A model generated the notes under the pieces. That model ran no database searches and was not told the DNA's origin. It saw only the letters and a program-made list of their open reading frames with translations. A DNA stretch of 63,202 bases, the filler included, from Phoronis australis (Eukaryota > Animalia > Phoronida): NCBI GenBank assembly GCA_002633005.1. It is 5 parts of 5 records of this genome, joined end to end, with 100 filler letters (N's around TTAATTAATTAA, not from the genome) between each part and the next. Parts side by side here need not be neighbours in the genome. Positions count along the whole stretch, not along the records: positions 1 to 28,095 come from NMRA01001028.1; positions 28,196 to 44,542 come from NMRA01000390.1; positions 44,643 to 51,613 come from NMRA01001736.1; positions 51,714 to 59,782 come from NMRA01000176.1; 1 more part is not named here. One strand, written 5' to 3'. A program made the translations under genes and the position numbers. This document shows, one piece after another, positions 25,201 to 52,161 of this stretch (position 1 is the first letter of the stretch; the number at the start of each line of letters is the position of its first letter).

Positions 25201-28024
25201 GAAACGCTGTGCTTTTCTAAGCGATGAGCCACAAACAAACACATCCTACACTTCATTCATGCTCGTCTCAGGCAGATTTTCTTTTTTAGAAAAAGTGGGC
25301 AATAGATAATACTGCTCCACTGACTCAATTGTCAAAAAAAACCAGACAGGTAGTCATATGCTTTTCCCGTCTCGCGAATCAATTTTCCAAAAAGGTAAAA
25401 CATTCATCACATGCTCTATGACAGCTATGCAGCCGTACAAGCCATGAATGTCTTGTTGTAAACATCTCGTTACATGAAATAAGCATCGATTTTGAGAAAT
25501 CCTTAATTTGAATTTCAGGGTTTTTCTGTATCAAATTGTGACAAAACACACTATTCAGCCATGGCCTGTGCTAGACATGTAAAGAATTTCAATGGATACG
25601 GAGACAAGATCAACATACATGTTAAGTACTGAGATCAGTCTATCAACTGTACATATCAGAGTGGAGACACACCTCCAAGCTGATATTGTCATCAACTGTA
25701 CATATCACAGTGTAGACACACTTCCAAGCTGATATTGTCATCAACTGTACATATCAGAGTGGAGACACACCTCCAAGATGATATTGTCATCAACTGTACA
25801 TATCACAGTGGAGACACACCTCCAAGCTCATATTGTCCTTATTCAGCATTACTGTACAAAGCTTTCTAAATTCCATTTCACTGCAAGGCTATATTATAAT
25901 AAATTATACATACAAAACTATAAATTAAAGTTAGTTCATAAAATTATCAAATACAGTTGAGATAACACTCGTCATACATACAGGATTATAAATAAGATCA
26001 ACCTCCACCAATATTGCTCCCTTGACCCTGCTCATCAGTTTCTTGTCTTTAAGACCATACCATATAGGTTCATTAATCTTTGCCTGTAATAACAACTCAC
26101 AATTTTGATCCCAATTGAAATTGATTGAATGCATAATTTCTTCTATGACACAGACATCTAAATGATCAAAATTAACATAAACTTTCTAAAATATTATTTT
26201 ACAAAAAATCCTTTTTGATCTTGTTCAGAACTGGTCAATTTTCAAGTCACCCAAGGCACCACTTCAATCTGTCTGCCACTCAGTTGCTCCTTAGCTCCAA
26301 ACCTTTCACACATTGTCTGCATGACATGGACATGGTATCCGAAATATGAGCGCAATCGCAACTCTGATTTTAAAAATAAAAACGAAATGCCACAGATTGT
26401 TTCATCTTCTCCTGTTAGTTTCTAATATTATTGTATGATCTTAAATTATTATGAAATTTAAGGATGAATACTCCTTAGAGGTCAAATATTCAGTGCTGAC
26501 ACTAAGTTCAATTTTCAGCAAGGACTTTATGTAATGAATATTCATTGCTACAACTGACCAACAAGAGTGGAATGGAGACTTTGCCGAGAAACTCTGACTT
26601 CTTATCTCGGTCTTCGTCATAAACAGTCAACTCGAGTACGGAATGAATATCTTTTACAGTACTGCAACAAAATAACAATGCAATAAAACACACAGTTTGA
26701 AGTATTCAAATTAGAAATGAAGACGGAATGAAAGGTGAAAATCTCCTGTGATAAAAAAATTAGATTTTAAATCAAACGGCACATAGCACACAGAGGTATA
26801 TCACATTATGCACAATTCCTAATAGTGAAAGTTTTACAAATCGTCCAGTACGTCTTCACACTCACAAAGTGAACACTTTGCCCCATTCAGGATTGAGCGT
26901 CTTGTATTCTGTCTGTGTCTGTAGGCGAGCATTGACCAACTCCACCACACAAAACGGGTCACTTTTGCCCCCCAGGTCGGCCGCAGCAAGACCTTGAGCC
27001 TTGATCACCTTTACCTGCACCCAGCCCACATTCTTGAAGTCTTTGAAAGACTTAAACAGACCCTGGTGAGAGAAGGCGGAAACTTTTAAGTAAGAAAGTA
27101 CAGTAATTCTCCACTTATTTCGAACACTGAAGCGAATTTCCCACATTCAAAATTAAAAGGAAAAATAATTCATAGCCCCTTTCGCATGGGCATTTATTTG
27201 GTGTTGAAGCTTCTAATGTCAAACGTCCTAATAGTGGGCCGTTTATTCTGTATTTTGGGAAAAAATTCCTCTTAGAAGCCCACTAAGCGTCAACGTTTTG
27301 TCACAAATTCAATTTTGTGGAGCATTCATCATTATTATATAAAAACAAACAAGGTGATGGTGAACTATGCATTTACTAACATAAAATTTAAAAAGTTAGA
27401 CAGTTTTAAGTACTAAAAAATGCCTAAGTCAGTAAAACTGTGACTTTCCGTTTACACGCCCCCCTCTTTTCTGTTTATTTAGTGTTACTAAACACCTGAA
27501 AACTTTCATTTTCCGAACACACGCCCATGGGCTTATTTATGGAAAACCACGGTAGTGGTGAACTGATATAGCACAACAGTTATTCAACCATTGTTTCGAG
27601 GGTATTTCTTCACATTTGCATGCAATACAAACAGGTGAGATTAAACACCATGCGTGAGATTCAGAGAAAAAGGAACGAGTTTGCAAAAATTATGACACTT
27701 GTTAAGAAAGATTCTGCTCTTGACAAAACAATTGTAATTAAATATCAGTCTGAGTGTGGTTAGTGAGAAAGAATGACTGACATTTGAACTACATGTACAT
27801 GTAACTGGACACACACCTGCTCCATGGCCATACTCACATATTGTCTGACGAGATCGTCTCTCTGTTTAGAAATAGGAGTGTAGTTGGATAGGTCTGAGAC
27901 AGAGTCGGCGCCCATTGTTCCCGTTATGGTCAGTAGTAGTTTGATGGTGCCAGCACCATCTTCTAGCGGAATGTCCACGGAATGAGTCATCTCGTGCTCA
28001 TACTGGGAAAGGTCGACAATGGCC
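19271..28024 (-). CDS. MCTP1: Multiple C2 and transmembrane domain protein (MCTP1/2 orthologue), 3' portion, 12 exons; 5' exons lie beyond the contig break
   Basis: GT-AG exons in consistent phase: 28024-27838, 27062-26866, 26661-26559, 26083-25982, 25057-24983, 24620-24501, 24177-24043, 22817-22761, 22341-22235, 21358-21249, 19551-19454, 19330-19271 (stop). Peptides include C2 [50 protein letters not shown], then [49 protein letters not shown] and [14 protein letters not shown]. Confidence 0.93.
21465..21525. mobile_element. Small hairpin MITE remnant, same family as 42504-42617, opposite orientation
   Basis: Arms TTTTGAGAACCAGTT and AACTGGTTCTTAAAA; the loop resembles the reverse complement of the 42504 loop. 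Confidence 0.55.
21720..22000. repeat. 27-bp minisatellite, about 10 copies, in an MCTP intron
   Basis: Unit TTATGGGATGTACTGCAA(C/T)TCTTTG(C/T)A. Confidence 0.95.
25643..25838. repeat. 49-bp tandem repeat x4
   Basis: TCAACTGTACATATCA(G/C)AGTGGAGACACACCTCCAAGCTGATATTGTCA starting at 25643, 25692, 25741 and 25790. Confidence 0.95.
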
Positions 28025-28095
28025 CTAAAGGTAGAGAAACAGTTGACTTTGTTTAGTGCATGTGTATAGTGAGGACGAAGAGGAGTGTAGATCTG

Positions 28096-28195
28096 NNNNN
28101 NNNNNNNNNNNNNNNNNNNNNNNNNNNNNNNNNNNNNNNTTAATTAATTAANNNNNNNNNNNNNNNNNNNNNNNNNNNNNNNNNNNNNNNNNNNN
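28096..28195. other. Artificial contig-join spacer (N44-TTAATTAATTAA-N44); also at 44543-44642, 51614-51713 and 59783-59882
   Basis: The same 100-bp structure with a stop-rich palindromic linker occurs four times, and genes are truncated at the first two joins. Confidence 0.95.
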
Positions 28196-28626
28196 TGTGA
28201 TACGGGTCACTGACTGCAGCCATTTTCAGCTTACAACACACTAAACAATCCCTAAATCCAACGTAGTTGAGTTCTCTACTAACCTATCTTGCCGCAGAAT
28301 ACTCGCCGATGGAAAGTGATGGCGACAATTGTTGAAAAACAGCACAAAACAAAAGTAGAATAGAACAGATTTGCACGGTAAACTCAACGCAAAACCAAGT
28401 GGCGGGAAACGCTTGCCTCCTAAAACGTCACTTTTGGAGTAGCGGACGAGAAATTAATAAAATTACAAAAAGCTGTAATTAAGTGGAAAATATGTCTAGG
28501 ATAACCAACCAACCTTATTTTAGCTCAAAATGACATGAAAAAAGGTTGCCTTCGCCTTTAATGAGCCCCAGTGTGGGGGTATGTGGCAAATAGTTACCAG
28601 GTTTACAGAGTGCAAATGACACTTAC

Positions 28627-44239
<15,613 letters not shown>

Positions 44240-44395
44240 CTAAAACAGTCCAGAACAGATCAGTCATTCAAATTTTCTTTTGGCATTTTAACTGATGCAG
44301 TCATTATCGTACAGAGAGACAAACATCATAAGAACTTTTGTAAAACTAACTTGGCTAACAAACTTTGTACTTCAGGATATGACATTAAATACTTA

Positions 44396-44542
44396 CAGTA
44401 TGTCACAAGCCATAATTCTGATGAGCAATATATGATACAGTATGGCACAAGCCATAATCCTGATGAGCAATATATGATACAGTATGGCACAAGCCATAAT
44501 CCTGATGAGCAATATATGATACAGTATGGCACAAGCCATAAT
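44396..44542. repeat. 42-bp tandem repeat (at least 3.5 copies) running into the contig end
   Basis: CAGTATGGCACAAGCCATAATCCTGATGAGCAATATATGATA units. Confidence 0.95.
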
Positions 44543-45105
44543 NNNNNNNNNNNNNNNNNNNNNNNNNNNNNNNNNNNNNNNNNNNNTTAATTAATTAANN
44601 NNNNNNNNNNNNNNNNNNNNNNNNNNNNNNNNNNNNNNNNNNCATTTTAAAAATAATTTATATTAGCGTTTCGCAGAACACTGCATAAAGCACAGCATTT
44701 GTATGAATCAAGTCAGTTATTTCTGGGAAATGGTGTTCCAAAATTAGACAAATTTGAAATATTCCTAAGGTGCCACATCACCTTACAGCCGTCATCCACG
44801 AAACTCAGAAAGGAACATGTTGAGACAACAAGTTTACATTGAAAAGTGTTCTAAAACAAAAGTTGTTGCCGCTTTAAAAATGTTCACCAGCATGTCGTCT
44901 ATAACAGAAATATCACCAGAATTCTTTAATCAGGACTGAAAAACAACAAGAAAGAAAAACTTCATGCATAGCATAAATTATATCAAGTTAATGACCGATA
45001 ACAGAAAATTAGAATAAACGCGATCACGACGAATGCCAAAGAAAACCCTTTTCACGCAATGAAAATTTTTTACAATATCTGTCTGTTCTGCTTAACAAAT
45101 AATAC

Positions 45106-48100
45106 CTGCATGCGAAGCGAGTTCTGTTGGCATATTTCCAGACGTCCGTAACTTTGTCCATTTTCGGCAAGCTATGTTGAATCGCCACAACTGGAACATA
45201 AAAAGCCTTGACCTCAGTTATAATATTCAGCTTCAAAATGAATGGCCTTGACCTACTGCTTTGTCCACTCTGTTAATACAGTGCACCAAAGCATTAAGTT
45301 GGTGGTCATAACTGAACAGGTCAACTAGTCAGTAGGGGTGTTCAGCATACTGTACGTCCAAGATATTTTAATGAAATTGGTACAACAGAATAACAATAAC
45401 AAAATTAATAAAAAATAAAATAGATATATGGAAGTGAGTGAAATCACAGCTGAAAGTGGCTATAACTCAGGTTCAGCAATGTTTTGATTTTGACCTTTTT
45501 TGAAAAAATATCTCAATTTCTCTGTAACTAGTTGAGAACTCATTTCTTGATTAGAAATAACGAAGGAAATAAATCTGAAACTAAATAAGGCTATAATATT
45601 TTTGTTTCTGTTGACGAGGGATGTCATAACATCTGAAAATTCCAGTTTATCCATTATCATTTTATTTACCTAAATATATTCTGAATTAGAAAAAATTGAC
45701 TAATTTTTTTATTACTTGAGACTATTCTTAACCCATACAATCATAACTTTGACAAGCAAACTTGTAGAGCCTAATCTCAATGAACATCACTCAGTTTTCT
45801 CCAAGCTCAGAGATCATCTCATTCCCAAATCTGACAAAGGATCGAGTTGAGACGAATATCATAACAGCAAGTGACTTCAATCAAGTGAGGTTTGTAGCCG
45901 TTTTATAGTTGATCTGGTTTCATTTTGATTCTTCGCGACGACACAACTTCGGTCATGGAAATTGTGTGCAGTATGAACCAGGAATAAAACAAGAGTTGCC
46001 AGGGAGGCAACATAAAGGCAGCTCGCAGGTACTATACTGGGTGACATTTGTAAATTCTAATGTAGAATAAGAGCTATTTAGTGAAGTTGCAAGACTCATA
46101 ACGAGCACTCCATTATAAATAATTGAAATTACGAGAAAGCCAGATTTCCTTTCATAAGACCAAGGACTCATGTCATGAGAAGAGACATAGGGATAAGTCA
46201 GAAAATTCCAACTTCCATATTACTAAATAACAGTTATGACACTTGTTTGGCTACTGTAAGTAAATCAGAGTTTAGCATTTGATAACTTACAGCACTCGAT
46301 GCTTAGCTTAACGCCAAGTCGTATTTGGTGACCTGCCAAAAATCCTAGGTCGCTAGATGGAATCTGAGGTTGCAGAAATTGAAAATTCCCAGGTCACCAA
46401 ACGAAATCCGAAGTTGATGATCCTCCTTGAAATTCGCCCAGCAGCAAAAAAGGTTGTATGATCATAACGTGCCCCATTTGCATTATTTTACCGTGTACCA
46501 ATCCAAATTCTCTCGCAAATATGCCTATGATGGATATGTACATTCATTCTTTAACTCAATTCCTCCCTGCCACTGAACAAACATTGGAAGCAGACGATTG
46601 CGTGCACTGATGATGGCGTGGCGTATTTTCACCGATCGTGCCAGACTTTTATTACTAATTATGATCTAATCTCAGAGACTATTTAGTTGGTAGAGAGTAA
46701 TTTACTTTTGTACTTTCTAGCTAACTGGAAAGAGGATTATTTTTGGCTCATACTTGTGTGGAACACAATACGGGATTTCTGCCTTAAACCATACGCCACT
46801 ATTCAATGAAACAGAGATCATGTTACATGCCTAAAGTCGCTACGAACCTCCTTAAACAGCGGGTATATAGTGTCGCCTGTGTCATCGTTGTGAGCATTCG
46901 AGAAGTCAGGGTTGTACCCACCCAATGAATAGATATTGCCCTCGTCTACAACAATGCGATGACCACTCCTAGGTTCGGGTTTTGAGGCTAGAACACAAAA
47001 AGATAAACATCTCACCCAACACATTAGCTTAAATCTTAATTTCACCCTAATTAATTTACCTAGCTTAAGATAACAATCCAGATCTTTGGCCACTCAGTCG
47101 GCTTGGGCAACCGTCGGTCACAGCAGACATCGTCAAGGAGAGAATCCAACCATAACTGGACACGGCAGCTGTTACCTCTGAGGCCACGAAATCAAAGTCG
47201 CTCTTGGCAAGCGAGACCGGCCGATGGACATCACGGATCCAGAGTTCAGCCAACCAGAGTCGAGTAGATGGACAAACTTGTTGCCAAGATCAGCCAACCA
47301 TAGTGAGACTGTTCTGAACAGTTTTCCAACTGCTATTGCCCTTCATGTGAGGAGGACCATGATAACCTGGCCAGGCATGTCATATAACACCATCTTCTTG
47401 AGGGTATGGCATTGGGTGGCTTAACTCCCAGAACCAAGTGCAGTTAACGATCTAGTCCCTGGGTACTAAAGAACTGGGGAGACACGCTCTGGTGCACTTT
47501 GCTGGAAGACTTGTGCTGAGTAGAGCATAAGGTTACATGGGGGTCACCCCCAATATGGAGGACCTTCGAGAACAGGTGACAATGCAAAGTAATGTGTACA
47601 ACCTCCTACTGCCAGAGTGCCTAGACTGGCTAAACCTAAATAGTCCCTTGATGAACCATCTTGTGGTTCTTGAGCATCTACTAAGTCAAGGTCAGCGTAC
47701 AGACCTCATACATTTCAAAGACAAGGCCTGCAACCGGATTAGAGAACCAGTCGTGGTTGGGGGAGTATTGGTGCCCGCCCAAAGACTCACCCAAGAAAAT
47801 AGAGATGTCCTCCAATGAGATGTATTAAAGACCAGGGCAGGTAATAATATTTCAGATTTACATCTGACAACAGAGGATTTATTACACAGGGCCCCAGACA
47901 GAGTGTAAATCAAACCAGAAGTGAGAGTTCAGTAGCAGATGCTTACTTCGACATTAACAGATCGCTAGGAGGAGAGCAGGTAAGTAAAAACTCTCAGACT
48001 CTAAGTACTTGGACTTGGCAAAGTCTGCTGATGTTTTGACTTCTGTAAAATTCATTGCCATTATGGCTGTGTAATGCGATTCAAAAACCTGGGAACAGAT

Positions 48101-49592
48101 GAGTCCTCTCTTGGATCCTCAGTTGTGTTCCATCAAAGCATATGAATCCACGAAATTATGCGGGACTATGGGATAATATGGTTTATTATCTACTGGATCA
48201 TGATAGGGTGGTAAGTGCTCTGGGCGAAATTGGCATAGACTTCACTCAGGTCCACATGCAGGTAGAGTTGACAGATGTGAATGGCTATCAGCTTATTAAG
48301 TTCAATTCCGGAAGGATACCTTGGTGGAATGGCACAAACCTGATGTGGGTCGGGGACGACAAGAGGTATTTCATGCTAGGGATGAGAAAACATCCTGGAC
48401 AGCCTCAGTGATCTTGTTCGGATTAGTTAATGAAACATTGAACCCTGACATTAGGATCCAGATACATGCATTCCATGTTTTGGTGGAAGAGGTAAGAAAG
48501 TAACTGGCTTTAGTCATGGCATTCATACAAGACCCGAGAAGGGAATTCGTACAATTCCAATGAACTGTCGTTTGGTAGAAACTCGGTGAATGGCTAGAGA
48601 ATGTGGGCAGAATTCAAAATTTCAATCTAGAGGACTTGGAGTTCTTTGAACAACCATGAGTCAACGAGTTCGCCAGTTTTAGCACTTATTTGCTGTTTCA
48701 TTTTGGGAGAGGAAGGAGACAGTGCACTCATGACTTAAATTTTATATTGTATTTTTCAGGTCTCAGTTCAGACCTGTTGAATCTATAATGAAAAGAAAAC
48801 AAAACAAAAAGTGTAAATATGTTCAATTTAATGTCTGAGCCAGTTGGATTCTAGTGTACATATTGGGGATAGTATCCGAATTTGGCTTGTACTAGGCAAT
48901 TACATCACGATTTTGGGAACTGAAATAGGGACTGCTCGAAGAAAAAGTTTGATAACGGAAGTATTTGTTCGAGTTGGAAGGAAAAACACATCGACAAACT
49001 CCTAAGGTGTTCCTCTATGCGCAAAAGGTATTAATAACAACGTGACTTTGATGGTTTAGTCGGTGCGAGGCATAATTCGCCGAAAAGCTTCCGGCGTACA
49101 GAGCGCCTATAGGAGTTACATCGCCTCTGGTGTGGGCCAACAGAGGCGATGGTCATTGCCTAGGCCTAAGGCTGATATTACAGAACACAATGACAATGTG
49201 CACAATCAATAGCTGACTGGCCAAATTTCATTTTGTCACTTCTCAACAAAAAATTACTTTGCCTTAATTTAAGAAACTTTCTCTGGCATAGCTATCATCA
49301 AACAACATTTGGTAATTTTTTAGCATTTGCAGTAATAATGTAAACCTCTGAAAAATAGAAATATTATGAGCTGGCATTCCTCAGATTCCTGGACAAGTTG
49401 AATGAAGAATGTTTACAACCTCCTTCTATCTGGTAATTTACGTTCTTGAACCCCAAATGTCAGGAGCACTACCGGCTCGGGCACCAGCGTCAAAATAGGG
49501 AATGCATTACACTTATACTTACTGATAACATCATTTGCTGGGTTAAGTGTGAAAAATGTGAACGGACGCGTGCTTCCACGCGTACTTTGCAT
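45106..49592 (-). CDS. KLHDC10: Kelch domain-containing protein 10 orthologue, first three coding exons; the rest lies beyond the contig break
   Basis: Exons 49592-49523 (alternative ATG at 49631), 46987-46848 (KPEPRSGHRIVVDEGNIYSLGGYNPD...YPLFKE) and 45190-45106 (LWRFNIACRKWTKLRTSGNMPTELASHA), with GT-AG junctions in consistent phase. The exon 1 assignment is less certain than exons 2-3. Confidence 0.85.
47320..48660 (+). pseudogene. Decayed C2H2 zinc finger plus TatD-family DNase gene, probably transposon cargo, antisense in KLHDC10 intron 1
   Basis: Across frameshifts, in order: CPSCEEDHDNLARHVI*HHL; VADAYFDINR (cf. TatD D.H.HLD); IMAV*CD; MNP (cf. G.HP); LLDHDRVVSALGEIGIDFT (cf. VVAIGEIGLDY); IRIQIHAF (cf. 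HCF). Confidence 0.7.
49014..49164 (+). repeat. Left arm of a long inverted repeat; hairpin-ended Helitron/Helentron-like terminus
   Basis: Near-exact reverse complement of 50067-50225. Contains the palindrome CATCGCCTCTG...CAGAGGCGATG followed by GTCATTGCCTAG. Confidence 0.85.
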
Positions 49593-50066
49593 ATTCACCA
49601 AATCGTTCACAATGTGCGGAGCTTTCAACATATATCATTTTTTGTTTTCGTATTTAAATGGAAAACAAGATACATGTTCTTCGTTTGTCATGTTTAACTT
49701 ACAATCGCCTTTTGTGGGACATTAAAATTCATTTTAGCTCAATATTTCAAAAAAACTCTTTCAATGCACTTTGTGCTCTTAGTTTTCAATACCAAATTAG
49801 GATGAGAATTGCACGTTAGCTAACATGGCGGCGACGGAGAAGGCGGTCAAAGTTAAAGAGTTAATATCTGACTTTCTCTACAGATCCAACGACCAAGAAA
49901 AGTATTAATTTTTTTCCTGGGAAACTTTGTTGATTCTCATACGGTGGCGTTCTTTTCAATGTGTTTTCTTATGTTCTTGTTGCTTAAACTAGCTTGCCGT
50001 CTGGCACCTTCGAATGTTTTCGTTTTGGTCCAACTCCAGTTCAAGTCTGTTCAAGACTAAGAGACT

Positions 50067-50225
50067 CCTAGGCAATGACCATCGCCTCTGTTGGCCCGAA
50101 CCAGAGGCGATGCAGAGGCTATAGGCGCTCTGTACGCCGGAAGCTTTTCAGCGAATTATGCCTCGCACCGACTAAGAACTAAACCATCAAAGTCACGTTG
50201 TTATAAATACCTTTTGCGCATAGAG
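50067..50225 (-). repeat. Right arm of the inverted repeat
   Basis: CCTAGGCAATGACCATCGCCTCTGTTGGCCC...CTTTTGCGCATAGAG matches 49014-49164 in reverse, with a few substitutions and one small indel. Confidence 0.85.
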
Positions 50226-50300
50226 TAGCGAGGACAACATACGTCACCAAATCGCTTCGCGTATCTGTCACCGTGTAAAATTTGCACATTACAATCGGNG

Positions 50301-50750
50301 TGTCACCTGACCGGAGACAAGGGGTATCAATCGGACCCGAAGAGGTCAAAGTCAAGATACTCCTGACCAGGCGCCACAAAGGGGGATGATTGGGTTAGAG
50401 AGGCCTCCCACTCTAGAGCCACTGATCAATCACCCGAGAACAGAGAGTGCTTCCAACAAGGTTTTCGGCATCTCATATCGTTCGAAACAACAGTGGCTGC
50501 TAAAGACAGAAAACCCCCTTCCACAACCCGATCCCGCACAGTTTAGTCTGAGTAAACCCAGTCCATGTGTTGCCGCGTGGAGGCACTGCACGAGTCTTGT
50601 TGTGGGAGAAGCTATGTACTGACAGTCGGAACTGAACAGCGGCGGAAGCTGAAAGCAGAGCACTAAGCAGAGCTAGATACTACTACTAACTACACTACCA
50701 CACTAGACGCTAAGCACCACAACCTGTGGTCGAAACCACTAACACACACT
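50301..50750. mobile_element. Possible LTR or LTR-retrotransposon fragment
   Basis: Abrupt GC-richer block starting TGTCAC, a common Gypsy LTR terminus. No second LTR or TSD was found. Confidence 0.25.
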
Positions 50751-51884
50751 TGAATTAATTGGTACATTTCCTAATTTGCGCACATAATGAATCATATTGC
50801 GCACTAAAGGGTTCATCAATGAACTATTTCAAACACTTGTTGCAAACGCCGGGAAGCAGCTAAAGACTGTATCGGGCGTATTTCTGACTCACTTCGTAGT
50901 TCCGGGTACTGCCGCTAGGGGTGCGCCTTCGAATCGCGGCGAATTTTTTGTTCCCAAACTAAAGCATTTCAACTTTTCCTGTTGAAAAGTTAATGTAAAA
51001 GAGACCCAAAAAGTAATTTCTCGTTGTGAGAACAATGATTCTCTTATTTAAGGTTCTTTTTTCCTATTTTTGCCTCACATTTTGGTAGGTCAGGCCACTA
51101 AGACCTGACTTGTGGCCAGACAGGACCACCCATACTGGCAAAGACAGTTTAGCCAGCATATGTCATGATAGAAAATGAAAACATTTTAATTTTAGAGTAA
51201 ACAAATATTACAACTGTGCATTTCTACTCCAGTGCTGTGTTTTCAACCAAAACTGTATGTTTACTACCATGAAAAACTATACATGCTATCAATATTTTTT
51301 TACCATGAATATAGCTGTTTTTACAAAACAATTCAGAGGTTCGTCTAGATTGTTATATATTTCAGCCTGGCCTATGTCTTTCAGGTAACCTTTGTTGGAA
51401 AATGCTGTGGACCAAACCAGTTGTTATTTTCTCCATCATTTTTTCTTATAATTTCATTCCTATTTGTCAGTTTACTATAATACATATCATCATGTCTCAG
51501 CTCGCATTTCTGTCTCATCAGACTAGCTCTTGGTCCAGATCCTTCTTCTGTCCTGCTTCTACCGATTCTACTTGCAGTCAGCAAGTGAGTTTGGCTCAAT
51601 ACCCACTACGATGNNNNNNNNNNNNNNNNNNNNNNNNNNNNNNNNNNNNNNNNNNNNTTAATTAATTAANNNNNNNNNNNNNNNNNNNNNNNNNNNNNNN
51701 NNNNNNNNNNNNNTGTGTGAAGCTGCCAGTCCACTAATAAGCCCGAGACAGTTTTGTTAAAAATAATAAGTTTCTTAGTTGTTATTTGTATAATTCATAA
51801 TTTTTTGTAAGTATTTTACCTGAGCAGTTTCATAGTAATAAAAGTATTAAAGAACAAGTCTTTTCTTCTTGTAAGTCACAGCTA

Positions 51885-52161
51885 GTGTACTGGCTTAATA
51901 GGAGCCCATCAATGGCCCTGTACTGGGCCAACACAGTCTGTCAATACTGGCCCTTTACAGGGCCGAAACCGGTTATTGGTGTACTGGCCCAGTAATGGCG
52001 TGGTACTGGTCCTTTACTGGCTCGATACTGCAATCTTGTATCGGGGCCAATATGGGGAAGGTGTGCAGAATGTTATTGGGCCAGTACTGGCCTACATCAT
52101 TGGGCCAATACAAAAGACATTTCAGGGCCAGTATTGGCCCAGTACCTGCATGTTTACTGGG
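51885..52161 (-). mobile_element. Terminus of a non-autonomous CACTA/EnSpm-like element with subterminal repeats
   Basis: Many direct and inverted TA(C/T)TGGCCC motifs ending in TGTTTACTGGG, the reverse complement of a CCCAGTAAACA terminus. Confidence 0.55.

Noticed and set aside
44396-44542. Repeated CTGATGAG suggesting tandem hammerhead ribozymes
   Set aside because: The 42-bp unit has no GAAA core element and no suitable stems.
49825-49908. Divergent gene starting ATGGCGGCG (MAATEKAVKVKELISDFLYRSNDQEKY)
   Set aside because: It stops after 27 codons, with no convincing donor and no downstream exons found in this contig.
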